Below, in pieces: positions 1-9,663 of a stretch of DNA of 64,000 nucleotides. The notes beneath the pieces were generated by a model. It worked only from the letters and a program-made list of their open reading frames with translations. It was not told the origin of the DNA and did not search any database. The first letter of the stretch is position 1; each line of letters begins with the position of its first letter. Source of the DNA: an uncultured virus (IMG/VR IMGVR_UViG_3300025450_000023). Lineage: Duplodnaviria > Heunggongvirae > Uroviricota > Caudoviricetes. The stretch lies in the IMG/VR virus record IMGVR_UViG_3300025450_000023; one strand, given 5' to 3'. Position numbers and translations under genes: made by a program.

Positions 1-885
1 ACTGAGTTAGACTCTAATGCCCGTGTTATTATAGCTAATATGGGTATTTTACAAAGTAAGTCGTCGGATATTTCTTGGTTTAACAAAGTAGGTTTGTTAG
101 TTGTAGATGAGTGTCATAAGCTACGTAGAGGTAATAAGGTATGTAAACTTATTGATAAAATACCCACACTAAGACGTATTGGTTTTACAGGTACATTACC
201 AGAAAATGATATCGATAAATGGAATATTAATAATTTTATCGGGCCGGTTATATTTAAAAAAACTACAACCGAACTAAGAGAAGCAGCTGGTGGAGAGTAT
301 ATTGCTAATGCTCAAGCTTTAGCCTTACATATTGAGTATGCAATGAAGCCAGATTATACTGCAGTAGCGGCAGCTCAAAGATACTTAACTGAGTTAGATT
401 TTATACACATAAACAAATTTCGTAACGAGGTTATTAAGAACATTATTGGTAAACTAAATAATAACAGCCTTATACTTGTGGACCATATTGCACACGGTGA
501 AAATTTGTATAATACTTTATCAACCTTAACCGGTAAACAAGTGTACTTTATACAAGGTAGTGTTGAAGTTGAGGACCGTAAAAAGGTGCAAGAACTAATG
601 GAACAGCATAACAATGTTGTATGTGTTGCTATAAGCAAAATTTTTTCTACTGGAATTTCTATAAAAAACATTCATTATATAGTGTTTGCTGCAGGCGGTA
701 AGTCCAAGATCAAAACTTTACAGTCTATTGGTCGTGGTTTACGTGTACATGAAAATAAGGACATTCTTACTATCATTGACATTGTAGATGAGCTTATCTA
801 TGGTGGTAAACACTATGACAAACGAAAAGAATTTTATGCCCTTGAACAAATCAAAATTACCGAAAAAACAATTACCGAAAGCTAA
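1..885 (+). CDS. uvsW: SF2 DNA helicase, UvsW-like (5' truncated by window)
   Basis: DECH, GFTGT, STGISI and QSIGRGLR motifs; frame is open from position 1. Confidence 0.9.
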   Translation, partial: TELDSNARVIIANMGILQSKSSDISWFNKVGLLVVDECHKLRRGNKVCKLIDKIPTLRRIGFTGTLPENDIDKWNINNFIGPVIFKKTTTELREAAGGEYIANAQALALHIEYAMKPDYTAVAAAQRYLTELDFIHINKFRNEVIKNIIGKLNNNSLILVDHIAHGENLYNTLSTLTGKQVYFIQGSVEVEDRKKVQELMEQHNNVVCVAISKIFSTGISIKNIHYIVFAAGGKSKIKTLQSIGRGLRVHENKDILTIIDIVDELIYGGKHYDKRKEFYALEQIKITEKTITES

Positions 886-1348
886 AGCACCACCTAAGCC
901 TAAAAAGCCATTAAGTGAGTCTGCTAAAGCTAAAAAAGTATATTATGTGAGCCCAGCTGATTTTACAGCTGAGTTACGCAAATACTATGAAACCAATATC
1001 ATTACCGATGATTTAGCAATGATGATTAAAAACATTGCTTATGGGCTTGCACATGCTTCAAACTTTATCAATTATACCTTTAAAGAAGACGCTATTGGTG
1101 ATTCTTTAATTAATATGTTCAATGCATTAAAAGATAAGAAATATAATTTTGATAAAGGTAGTAATCCATTCTCTTATTTTAATTCAATTTCGTTTAATTG
1201 CTGGCGTTCTCGTATTAAAAAAGAAAAACGCATGAGAGACACATTAGCGGCATATCAAGAAGAAGTGTATAGTATTATCGGGCCTCAGGTAGGTGTTGAT
1301 GATCCGGTTAATCCCGCTAAACGTAATAATAATAATGACAATAACTAA
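836..1348 (+). CDS. 55: late-transcription sigma factor, gp55-like
   Basis: YYV..DF, NFINYTFKEDAIGD and NPFSYF..I.FN...RIKKEK motifs; upstream of gp47; start moved to ATG 836. Confidence 0.85.
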   Translation: MPLNKSKLPKKQLPKAKAPPKPKKPLSESAKAKKVYYVSPADFTAELRKYYETNIITDDLAMMIKNIAYGLAHASNFINYTFKEDAIGDSLINMFNALKDKKYNFDKGSNPFSYFNSISFNCWRSRIKKEKRMRDTLAAYQEEVYSIIGPQVGVDDPVNPAKRNNNNDNN

Positions 1349-2390
1349 TTTAAGAATCGGTATATTTTCTGATCCGCACTACGGTGTTCACCGTAATAGT
1401 GAAACATGGCACAAGATTGCTTTGGAGCACGCTAAGTGGGCTGCTGAGCAGTTTAAACAACAAGGCATAAAAGATATACTAATACCTGGAGACATATTTC
1501 ATGATCGTAATGACATTGCTGTTAACACTCTTCACGTGGTTACTGACATTTTTGATGTATTGCGTGATTTTAACATCATTGTTACCGTGGGTAATCACGA
1601 TGCTTACTACCGTGATAATTCTTCAGTTAATTCCGTATCCATACTTCGTGGCTGGAGTAATATTACTGTTATTGATAAGCTTACGGTCGAAACGCTCCAA
1701 GGAAAGAAAATAGCATTCTGTCCATGGGGTCAAGATATTAACGAAGTACCTAAATGTGATCTAATTGTAGGTCATTTTGAAGTTAATAGCTTTAAAATGA
1801 ACTCTTATAAAGTATGTACTAACGGGCTTAAGACTTCTGATTTAACTGATAGAGCACCTTTAACTATTACAGGTCACTTTCACCATAGAGAAGAACGCAA
1901 ATACAAAGATGGTACTATTCTTTATGTTGGGTGCCCGTATCAACAGGATTGGGGTGATTATGGTACTACTAAAGGTTTATACATTTTAGATTTAAAAGAC
2001 TTAAGTTACGAGTTTATTGTTAATAACATATCACCACGCTATAACAAGATTAAATACTCTGAAATAGCTAATGGTGTATATACAGCTGAATCTTTAAAAG
2101 GCTTTATACGTAACAATATAGTAAAATTTTACATAGATAAACAACTTACACCTGAAGTAGTAGATAATATTGTTAGAAAGATTGCTTCAATTAAACCTGT
2201 CGAGCTTACTTTAGAATACGATTATTCAGAACTATCTAAGCTTAATGTAGAAGAAGCTAATACCAAGGATTTTAGTATTAGTGTTGAAAACTCTATATCA
2301 GAATTCATTGATTTATTAGATGTTAATCATAAGGATAAGGTAAAGAGTTACGTAACAGATTTATACCATAGAGCATTAACAATAACATGA
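1335..2390 (+). CDS. 47: recombination nuclease gp47 (Mre11/SbcD-like)
   Basis: SDPHYG, GDIFH, GNHD and GHFH metallophosphoesterase motifs. Confidence 0.9.
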   Translation: MTITNLRIGIFSDPHYGVHRNSETWHKIALEHAKWAAEQFKQQGIKDILIPGDIFHDRNDIAVNTLHVVTDIFDVLRDFNIIVTVGNHDAYYRDNSSVNSVSILRGWSNITVIDKLTVETLQGKKIAFCPWGQDINEVPKCDLIVGHFEVNSFKMNSYKVCTNGLKTSDLTDRAPLTITGHFHHREERKYKDGTILYVGCPYQQDWGDYGTTKGLYILDLKDLSYEFIVNNISPRYNKIKYSEIANGVYTAESLKGFIRNNIVKFYIDKQLTPEVVDNIVRKIASIKPVELTLEYDYSELSKLNVEEANTKDFSISVENSISEFIDLLDVNHKDKVKSYVTDLYHRALTIT

Positions 2391-3184
2391 AAATAGGAGC
2401 AGCAGTAATAGCATGTGATAGATTGGAATACACTAAACAGTGTGTTGCAAGTATACTTGCGAATAAAGGCCCGTTAACTGATATTATTTTAATTAATGAT
2501 GGTATTAAAATACCAGATGGTGCATTACCTGATGGTATTGAAATAATGAACAATAGACCGCCATATCAATCAGTTGGGAGAGCTAAAAATAGAGCTATGC
2601 AGGTGTTAGTCAATAGAGAATGTGAACATATATTTCTTGTTGAAAATGATATTTTAATTCAAACACCTGATGTTTGGCAAAAATATATAGATACTGCTAA
2701 TGGTACAGGTATACGTCATTTAAATTTCGGTTATCATGGACCAGCCAACAGAACACCAGATTATAGTAAACCAAATCCGAGGTATATTGTAGAATACCCA
2801 AATAATATAAAAGTTGCACTTAATTTTCATTGTGTTGGAGCGTTTTCGTATTTTCATCGTCAATTTATGACAGATGTTGGTTATCATGATACATTTTTTC
2901 AAAATGCATGGGAACACGTAGAGCTGTGTCAAAGAGCAATTAAGAAAAACTATTTGCCTGCATTTTGGTGGTTTCCAGATGTAGAAGGTAGTGATGAATT
3001 ACTTAAAGAAATACCAGGCTCTATACAAAACAGTTCTATTACACATACCGAAAAATGGACTGAAAATATGTATAAAGGTGCTGATCATTACAGAAAGATA
3101 CACGGTGTATCAGCTGTAGAAAACCCTGATACCGGTCTTTCTGTAGTACTACAACGCTTAAAAGAAATTTATAAATGCAAGTAA
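2387..3184 (+). CDS. GT-A (family 2-like) glycosyltransferase
   Basis: IACDR, LINDG, VGRAKN, LVEND and WEHVE pattern. Confidence 0.75.
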   Translation: MKIGAAVIACDRLEYTKQCVASILANKGPLTDIILINDGIKIPDGALPDGIEIMNNRPPYQSVGRAKNRAMQVLVNRECEHIFLVENDILIQTPDVWQKYIDTANGTGIRHLNFGYHGPANRTPDYSKPNPRYIVEYPNNIKVALNFHCVGAFSYFHRQFMTDVGYHDTFFQNAWEHVELCQRAIKKNYLPAFWWFPDVEGSDELLKEIPGSIQNSSITHTEKWTENMYKGADHYRKIHGVSAVENPDTGLSVVLQRLKEIYKCK

Positions 3185-3963
3185 CACATTTAGGTATAAC
3201 TAACGTAAAGCGTAGTGGTTATGGGTTTGGTAATCAATTATTTTTAATTGCAAGTACGATAGGTATTGCTATCAGCAATAATTTAAAGTATGGTTTTGCA
3301 GAATGGAGTAATAATCGTTACTTTAACGAGCAGTTACCGGGTTTAGCGCCAGGAACAGGTAATATTGTAAAAGAACAGAGCTTTGATTATAACCCGGTAG
3401 TGTTGCCAAAAAATACATTTACATACCTTGAAGGTTATTTTCAAAGTGAAAAATACTTCAGTTCTCCTGAAGCAAAAAACACAATACGCAATTTCTTTAC
3501 ATTTAAAAATGAGTATATACAACCAATAAAAGACTCTTTAAATGGTATAACCAATACATGCTCTATACATGTACGTCGCGGAGACTATTTAAAATACCCT
3601 GATATACATGTACAGCAACCTGAAACCTATTGGTATAACGCTCAACTTAAAGTTGAAAGCTTAACCACTGTTAACACTTATATAGTAATGTCTGATGACA
3701 TAAATTGGTGTAAAGAAAATAAACAACTGTTTACTAAAACAGGTAAAAAGGTATTATTTATGCAAGGTAGAAACGACATGGATGATTTTGTTATGATGTC
3801 TTTGTGTAGCAACAATATAATAACTAATTCCTCCTTTTCATGGTGGGCAGCTTGGTTAAACACAAATAGAGATAAAGTTGTTGTTATGCCCAAACAGTGG
3901 TTTGGTATTAACGGGCCATCAGATGGTAAAGATTTGCAAGCAGAGGGGTGGATAAAAGTATGA
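3175..3963 (+). CDS. GT11 alpha-1,2-fucosyltransferase-like
   Basis: GNQLF, GYFQSEKYF, HVRRGDY and NSSFSWWAAWL. Confidence 0.9.
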   Translation: MQVTHLGITNVKRSGYGFGNQLFLIASTIGIAISNNLKYGFAEWSNNRYFNEQLPGLAPGTGNIVKEQSFDYNPVVLPKNTFTYLEGYFQSEKYFSSPEAKNTIRNFFTFKNEYIQPIKDSLNGITNTCSIHVRRGDYLKYPDIHVQQPETYWYNAQLKVESLTTVNTYIVMSDDINWCKENKQLFTKTGKKVLFMQGRNDMDDFVMMSLCSNNIITNSSFSWWAAWLNTNRDKVVVMPKQWFGINGPSDGKDLQAEGWIKV

Positions 3964-4781
3964 AAAAAGAATTATACATAAAAGACTCTAATTTCGGTCA
4001 CTGCGCGTTTAGTAATAATCCAACACCACCAGTAAGCATTTCTGAACATATAATATGGAACCGCAGCGACGCTCCACATGGAACTGATGTGGTGTGTACT
4101 GATTACCAATTAGATAAAGGCAATATTGCATGGTTATTAGAACCTTATGAAATTAACCCACAGCCATATGAGTATGTCAAAGCTAATTCAGCTTTTTATA
4201 AAGAAATATGGACACACGATAAAGAGTTTTTGTCTTTACCAAACGCTAAATGGTATCCGGTTGGAGGGTGTTGGTTAGAAGTACCTGAAAGAAAAATATA
4301 TGAAAAGAGCAAAATGTTCTCTATTATAGCTTCGAACAAAAACCAACTGCCCGGTCACAAATTAAGACATCAAATAATACAAGCCGCTGGTAATAAGGTG
4401 GATGCTTTCGGTCCTTCCTATATTCAGTTTAAGAAAAACCCCATGCATAAAATAGAAGGATTAGCGGATTACCGATATCATTTTGCAATTGAAAACTGTA
4501 AGAGAGATTTTTATTTTACAGAAAAGCTTATTGATACCTTGATGTCTGGTACAATTCCTATATACTGGGGGTGTCCTTCTATTGATAAATTCTTTAATAC
4601 TGATGGTTTTATTATCTTTAATGACTTGTATGATTTAAAAGAGAAGCTTAAAAATTGTACAGTAGAATTATACGATAGTAAGAAAGCAGCTATTGAAGAA
4701 AACTTTAAATTAGCACAAAACTATATTTTATCAGAAGATTGGATATATAACAATATATTACAAAATGAAAAGACAATTTGA
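3960..4781 (+). CDS. GT10 fucosyltransferase-like
   Basis: YRYHFAIEN..YFTEKL.D...GTIPIYWG motif. Confidence 0.8.
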   Translation: MKKELYIKDSNFGHCAFSNNPTPPVSISEHIIWNRSDAPHGTDVVCTDYQLDKGNIAWLLEPYEINPQPYEYVKANSAFYKEIWTHDKEFLSLPNAKWYPVGGCWLEVPERKIYEKSKMFSIIASNKNQLPGHKLRHQIIQAAGNKVDAFGPSYIQFKKNPMHKIEGLADYRYHFAIENCKRDFYFTEKLIDTLMSGTIPIYWGCPSIDKFFNTDGFIIFNDLYDLKEKLKNCTVELYDSKKAAIEENFKLAQNYILSEDWIYNNILQNEKTI

Positions 4782-5079
4782 TACAGGTGCACAAAGAGAC
4801 ACTGATGTTGGCAAACCAAGAGTTAGCCTGGTGCCTCATGAAGAATTAATGAGAGTGGCAAGCCACTTTGTTGTAGGCGGGCAGAAGTACGGTTTCAATA
4901 ACTGGAAGAAAGGTATGAATACGTCAGTATATTATGACAGTGCACAGCGTCATTTAATGAAATACTGGCAAGGAGAAGACAGTGAGGATCATGCTGCAGC
5001 TGCTGTGTGGAATATTATGTGTATGATGTGGACGGAAAAAAATAAACCAGAATTAGACGATAGAAAAGAATACCAATGA
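4765..5079 (+). CDS. dATP/dGTP diphosphohydrolase (DUF5664-like)
   Basis: GAQRD..GKPR.SL.P, G.QKYG.NNW.KG, RHL and EDH.AA..WN. Confidence 0.8.
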   Translation: MKRQFDTGAQRDTDVGKPRVSLVPHEELMRVASHFVVGGQKYGFNNWKKGMNTSVYYDSAQRHLMKYWQGEDSEDHAAAAVWNIMCMMWTEKNKPELDDRKEYQ

Positions 5080-5831
5080 AAATTGATTTAAAAAACCTAA
5101 CATTCACAATACCTGTCAGAATTGATAGTGATGATAGAGCATTCAATCTCAACTATGTTATCGAGTATTTGTTACACAATTTTGATACTAATATAATTGT
5201 GTATGAAAACGGACCTAAACCTATATTTAAAAATAAATACAGTATTACACATGTTTATGAACAAAATGACGGTGTGTTTCACCGTACTCGTTATCTTAAC
5301 AATATGGCTAAGCAAGCCACAACTGATTTTATAGCTAATTATGATTGTGATGTAATATTTCCTGTAAAACAAATTGTAAAAGCATATAATTTATTAAAAA
5401 GCAATAACTTAGACTGTGTATATCCTTATAGTGGTTATTTTGTTAACATTAAACGTGATGTTTTAAAGGAAATTGTAAACTTAGACCCGGCTAACTTAAA
5501 CCCTGATACATATCAAAATTTCGGTAAAAATTCCTTTGGTGGTGCTGTATTTTGGTACAAAAAAGCCTTTATAGAGGGTGGAATGGAAAATGAAAATTGT
5601 GTATCTTGGGGCTGTGAAGACTGGGAACGGTTAAAGCGTTTTGAAATACTTGGTTACCGTATTGCAAGAGTAAATGGTCCTTTATATCATATTGATCATG
5701 TAAGATCTCAAGATAGCAGTGAAGCTAACCCATATTATAATAATAATAGAAAAGAATTCGATAAAGTATTAAATGCTAAAAAAGAAGACTTACTAAGATA
5801 CGTCAGCACATGGCCTTGGGCTAAATTATAA
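5076..5831 (+). CDS. GT2/GT7-like glycosyltransferase
   Basis: DCD motif, GGMENE..SWG.ED and LYHIDH. Confidence 0.8.
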   Translation: MKIDLKNLTFTIPVRIDSDDRAFNLNYVIEYLLHNFDTNIIVYENGPKPIFKNKYSITHVYEQNDGVFHRTRYLNNMAKQATTDFIANYDCDVIFPVKQIVKAYNLLKSNNLDCVYPYSGYFVNIKRDVLKEIVNLDPANLNPDTYQNFGKNSFGGAVFWYKKAFIEGGMENENCVSWGCEDWERLKRFEILGYRIARVNGPLYHIDHVRSQDSSEANPYYNNNRKEFDKVLNAKKEDLLRYVSTWPWAKL

Positions 5832-6613
5832 TGAAAAAAGTATACATTACTTTTGGTGGTAATATCTATGATGACACCACTCGTATAATAGTTCAAGACG
5901 GTATTAAATTCGGTGCTGATGAAGTTAAAGTGTACGATGATGTATGGTTAATGAAACAACCATTCTTTGAACAAAATAAATGGCTTTGGGAACACCCGCA
6001 TAAAAGAGGTTTTGGATGGTATTGCTGGAAACCATTTATAATATATCATGCTTTACAAAACCTACAAGACGGTGATATAGTGCTATTTACAGATGCTGAT
6101 TGTTACCCTGTTAGTGATTTAAATGTATTGTTTAATCAATGCGATAAAGACGGTGGTGTAATGCTATTTGCGGCTAACGGACAAACACACTCTTATTGGT
6201 GCAAGAAAGATTGTTACATTGTGATGGGACAAAACGACCCTAAATATTACAACGTACAGGCTGGTGTTGCACGGTTTATGTTATTTCAAAAAGGTAAATG
6301 GAAAGCTACACAGTTTTTAATGGAATGGTTAACATATTGTGTCAACCCATTAGCTACAACGTTTGATAAAAGTATTCTTGCTGCAGAAGCTCCGGAATTT
6401 ATTGAACATAGAACTGAACAAGCAATAATGACCAGTCTTGCACATAAGTACGGTTTAAAGCTCTATAGAGAAGCTTGTGAAGCTGGTAACAAGTACAGTT
6501 TTGATAAAGAACTATATAGTCAATTATTTACACAGTTTAACCCTACTGATTTGTTTGGTGGTGAAAAAGTTACACTTAGACCGGTAGGTTCTAAGTTTGC
6601 AAACGTTAAATAA
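5831..6613 (+). CDS. putative glycosyltransferase
   Basis: GFGWYCWKPFII, GDIVLFTDAD (DxD) and EHRTEQ; lies within GT cluster. Confidence 0.55.
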   Translation: MKKVYITFGGNIYDDTTRIIVQDGIKFGADEVKVYDDVWLMKQPFFEQNKWLWEHPHKRGFGWYCWKPFIIYHALQNLQDGDIVLFTDADCYPVSDLNVLFNQCDKDGGVMLFAANGQTHSYWCKKDCYIVMGQNDPKYYNVQAGVARFMLFQKGKWKATQFLMEWLTYCVNPLATTFDKSILAAEAPEFIEHRTEQAIMTSLAHKYGLKLYREACEAGNKYSFDKELYSQLFTQFNPTDLFGGEKVTLRPVGSKFANVK

Positions 6614-6657
6614 GTTTACAGTAGAAAAAAGATAGTTCTATATTATACTATTAGGTA

Positions 6658-8481
6658 ATGCGTTATGTTTATTTCAAACATTTAAAAATTACTAATTTCC
6701 TGTCTGTAGGTAAAAGACCGGTAGTTGTAGATTTTAAGCCTGGACTAAATATTATTACAGGTAAAAATTATGATAAAGCTGATAGAGCGAATGGCGTTGG
6801 AAAGTCCACTATTGCTGACGCAGTGCATTTTGCTCTGTACGGTAGCACTATACGCGATCTTAAAAAAGAAAACATAGTAAACGATCAAGCACCGGATCAG
6901 TTGTGTGAAGTCGAGCTTGAATTTACTTATCAGCAAGATGGTATTAATAATGAATGTCGAGTGCTAAGAACACTTAACCCCACTAAATGTTTCTTCTTTA
7001 TTAATGGTGAAGACGTTACCAGATCTGGTGTACCGCAAACTACAGAGTTGATAGTCGACACTATTAAAACCTCTTCTGAAATATTTCAGAACAGTGTTGT
7101 TATGACAATTAATACCACTGTACCTTTCATGGCACAGAAGAAGATCGAGAAACGCAAGTTTATTGAAGGCATACTTGGTTTAGAAGTGTTTAGTAATATG
7201 TTAAGTTTTGCACGCTTTGATTATAATGAAGCAAAACGCTTACTTGATATTGAAAGTACAAAAGTAGAAGAAACTAACAGATCTTTAGCAGACGCGATTA
7301 AACAAAAAGAAACTTATGAAGACACTAAAAAGAAAAGACTTGAAGTTCTATTAACACGTCAGTCTAACAATGCTAAGGAACTGGCAGGTATAGATGAAAA
7401 GCTTAACAGTTTAGAGTCAGTAGATACAGTAGCAGAAAAGCAAATACAAGATAAGCTATCTACATTAAAAACAGCTGAAACAGCATGCGACCGTAAAATA
7501 GCTACTATAAACAAGCTTATTACTGAAGCGGAAACACATATCAAACTTAATAATGATCGTATTAAAAAGCTAAAGAAGGTAGATAGTAAATGCCCTCATT
7601 GCGGTAAAGACTTAGCTGAAGCTGTAAACACTCAATATGAAAAAGATAAAGCGGAGTGTCAGACTGAAATACAAAAGTACACAGAGGTTATTGATACACA
7701 AAAGCCGCTTTTAGTAGAAGCACAAGAGCAATTAGATAAAGTTGAAAAGGCTATAGTAACAATTCAGAAGAAAATAAACGACTTTAATATTCGTAAGAAA
7801 GAAGTAGAAAACATTAATAATCGTGTTAAGCAACTCAATGAGTGGCAATCTTCATTAGTCGTAGATATAGATCAGCTCAACAAAGACTCTAATAACTATC
7901 AAGATATTATAGATGCTATTGTTACAAGGCAAAACGAGACTAAAAAACAAATTAGCTCTTTACAAGAAAGAATAGATATAGTTGAGTCTGCTAAGTTTAT
8001 TGTGGACGAAGAAGGAGTGAAGTCGTATATTGTTAAAAAGATACTACAAGTATTAAACATGCGTTTAGCACAATATTTGCGTAGACTTGAAAGCAATAGT
8101 ATCGTTACATTTAACGAGTTTTTTGAAGAGACTATTACCAACGAGCGTGGAAGTCAGTGTAGCTATTTTAACTTTTCCGGTGCAGAGCGTAAAGCTATCG
8201 ATCTTGCAATGTTATTTACGTTTCAAGATATCCGTAGAGCACAGGCTGATGTTTGGCTTAACTTGAGTATGTTTGATGAATTATTTGATTCATCATTGGA
8301 TGAAAAAGGTATTGAGTTAGTACTTGATATTCTTAAAGAAAGGGTAGATAATTACAATGAATCAATTTATATTATTTCTCACCGTAAAGAGAGTAAAAAA
8401 TACTGTATCGGTGGTGAAATCGTATATCTTGAAAAGAAAAACGGCATAACAACAAGAACAACAACTTATGATATTTCCTAA
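6658..8481 (+). CDS. 46: recombination ATPase gp46 (Rad50/SbcC-like)
   Basis: NGVGKST, CPHC zinc hook in coiled coil, FSGAE, DELFD and ISH. Confidence 0.93.
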   Translation: MRYVYFKHLKITNFLSVGKRPVVVDFKPGLNIITGKNYDKADRANGVGKSTIADAVHFALYGSTIRDLKKENIVNDQAPDQLCEVELEFTYQQDGINNECRVLRTLNPTKCFFFINGEDVTRSGVPQTTELIVDTIKTSSEIFQNSVVMTINTTVPFMAQKKIEKRKFIEGILGLEVFSNMLSFARFDYNEAKRLLDIESTKVEETNRSLADAIKQKETYEDTKKKRLEVLLTRQSNNAKELAGIDEKLNSLESVDTVAEKQIQDKLSTLKTAETACDRKIATINKLITEAETHIKLNNDRIKKLKKVDSKCPHCGKDLAEAVNTQYEKDKAECQTEIQKYTEVIDTQKPLLVEAQEQLDKVEKAIVTIQKKINDFNIRKKEVENINNRVKQLNEWQSSLVVDIDQLNKDSNNYQDIIDAIVTRQNETKKQISSLQERIDIVESAKFIVDEEGVKSYIVKKILQVLNMRLAQYLRRLESNSIVTFNEFFEETITNERGSQCSYFNFSGAERKAIDLAMLFTFQDIRRAQADVWLNLSMFDELFDSSLDEKGIELVLDILKERVDNYNESIYIISHRKESKKYCIGGEIVYLEKKNGITTRTTTYDIS

Positions 8482-9631
8482 TAACGGCTTAGTAATCGGT
8501 GCACCGCAAATGCCTCTTGGGGCACCTGCTTTTGGTAGCCCGGTGGTTGATACACCACTTCCAGTAATGGAGACACCAGGTGGTATGAAACGTGCAGTGA
8601 GTTTTGCTGCAGACCATCAAGGTTGTGGTTTCTGGCGTATGCATTGGCCTGAATCAGTTATTAATGCACATCAATTAGGTATTATTAATAACAATAACTT
8701 TATGATTTTACAGGAGAACTTCTATCAAGGTATTTCTTCTGTAAGAATACAAAGACAAGTTACCCCCACTCAATTACAATTTGTAAAGTTCTTAAAGAGT
8801 ATTTCAGAAAAAACTAATAATTTTAAGATATATTATGAAATTGACGATGTAATATTTCCTGAAGATATTCCTTTATATAATAAGGCTCGTGAAGCATTTG
8901 TTGATCCAAGTATTGGTAAAACCGCTATCGAGATAATGCAGCTATGTGATGGCATTACTGCTCCAACTGAGTATATGGCTAAGTATTATCAGGAGAAGTC
9001 AGGTGTACCTGGTATTGTATTGCCTAACTATATGCCGAAGTTCTGGATGGATAGGTTTTATAATAAGACTAAGATATCAGAAAATTACGAAACCAACAAG
9101 CGCCGACCACGTATTGGTTATATCGGTAGCCCTACACATTTTAATGTTGCAGGGGTGCCTGGAATTAAAGACGATTTCGGTGATATATTGGATGTCATTA
9201 AGAAAACAGTCAAGCAGTTTAAATGGGTATTAATGGGCGGTTGCCCACAAGAGCTTGCAGACTATGTACGTAGTGGTGATATAGAGTATATTGGTTGGAC
9301 GAAACTCTGGGATTATCCCTATGCATTCAATGCTTTAAACGTTAATATGGTAATAGCTCCATTACAGAATAATAGGTTTAATTTAGCTAAAGCCAATATT
9401 AAACACATTGAAGCTGGTGCATTAGGTATACCTTGTGTTTGTCAAAACTTAGAACCATATAAAAACGCTCCATTGAGATTTGATACAGCAGATGAAATGG
9501 TAAGTGTTATCAAGAAAACATTAAGTGATCGCCGTACATATCTAACCGAATCGGATATTGCTCGTAAAAATGCTACAAAATATTGGTTAGAAGACCATAT
9601 AGATGAGTATTGCAAAGTATATTTCTCTTGA
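8468..9631 (+). CDS. GT-B glycosyltransferase
   Basis: GCGFWR, YEIDD and APL..NRFN.AK.NIK.IE.GALG.P motifs. Confidence 0.75.
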   Translation: MIFPNNGLVIGAPQMPLGAPAFGSPVVDTPLPVMETPGGMKRAVSFAADHQGCGFWRMHWPESVINAHQLGIINNNNFMILQENFYQGISSVRIQRQVTPTQLQFVKFLKSISEKTNNFKIYYEIDDVIFPEDIPLYNKAREAFVDPSIGKTAIEIMQLCDGITAPTEYMAKYYQEKSGVPGIVLPNYMPKFWMDRFYNKTKISENYETNKRRPRIGYIGSPTHFNVAGVPGIKDDFGDILDVIKKTVKQFKWVLMGGCPQELADYVRSGDIEYIGWTKLWDYPYAFNALNVNMVIAPLQNNRFNLAKANIKHIEAGALGIPCVCQNLEPYKNAPLRFDTADEMVSVIKKTLSDRRTYLTESDIARKNATKYWLEDHIDEYCKVYFS

Positions 9632-9663
9632 TATTTTTGTGGAAGGTCACATAATAATGACCT

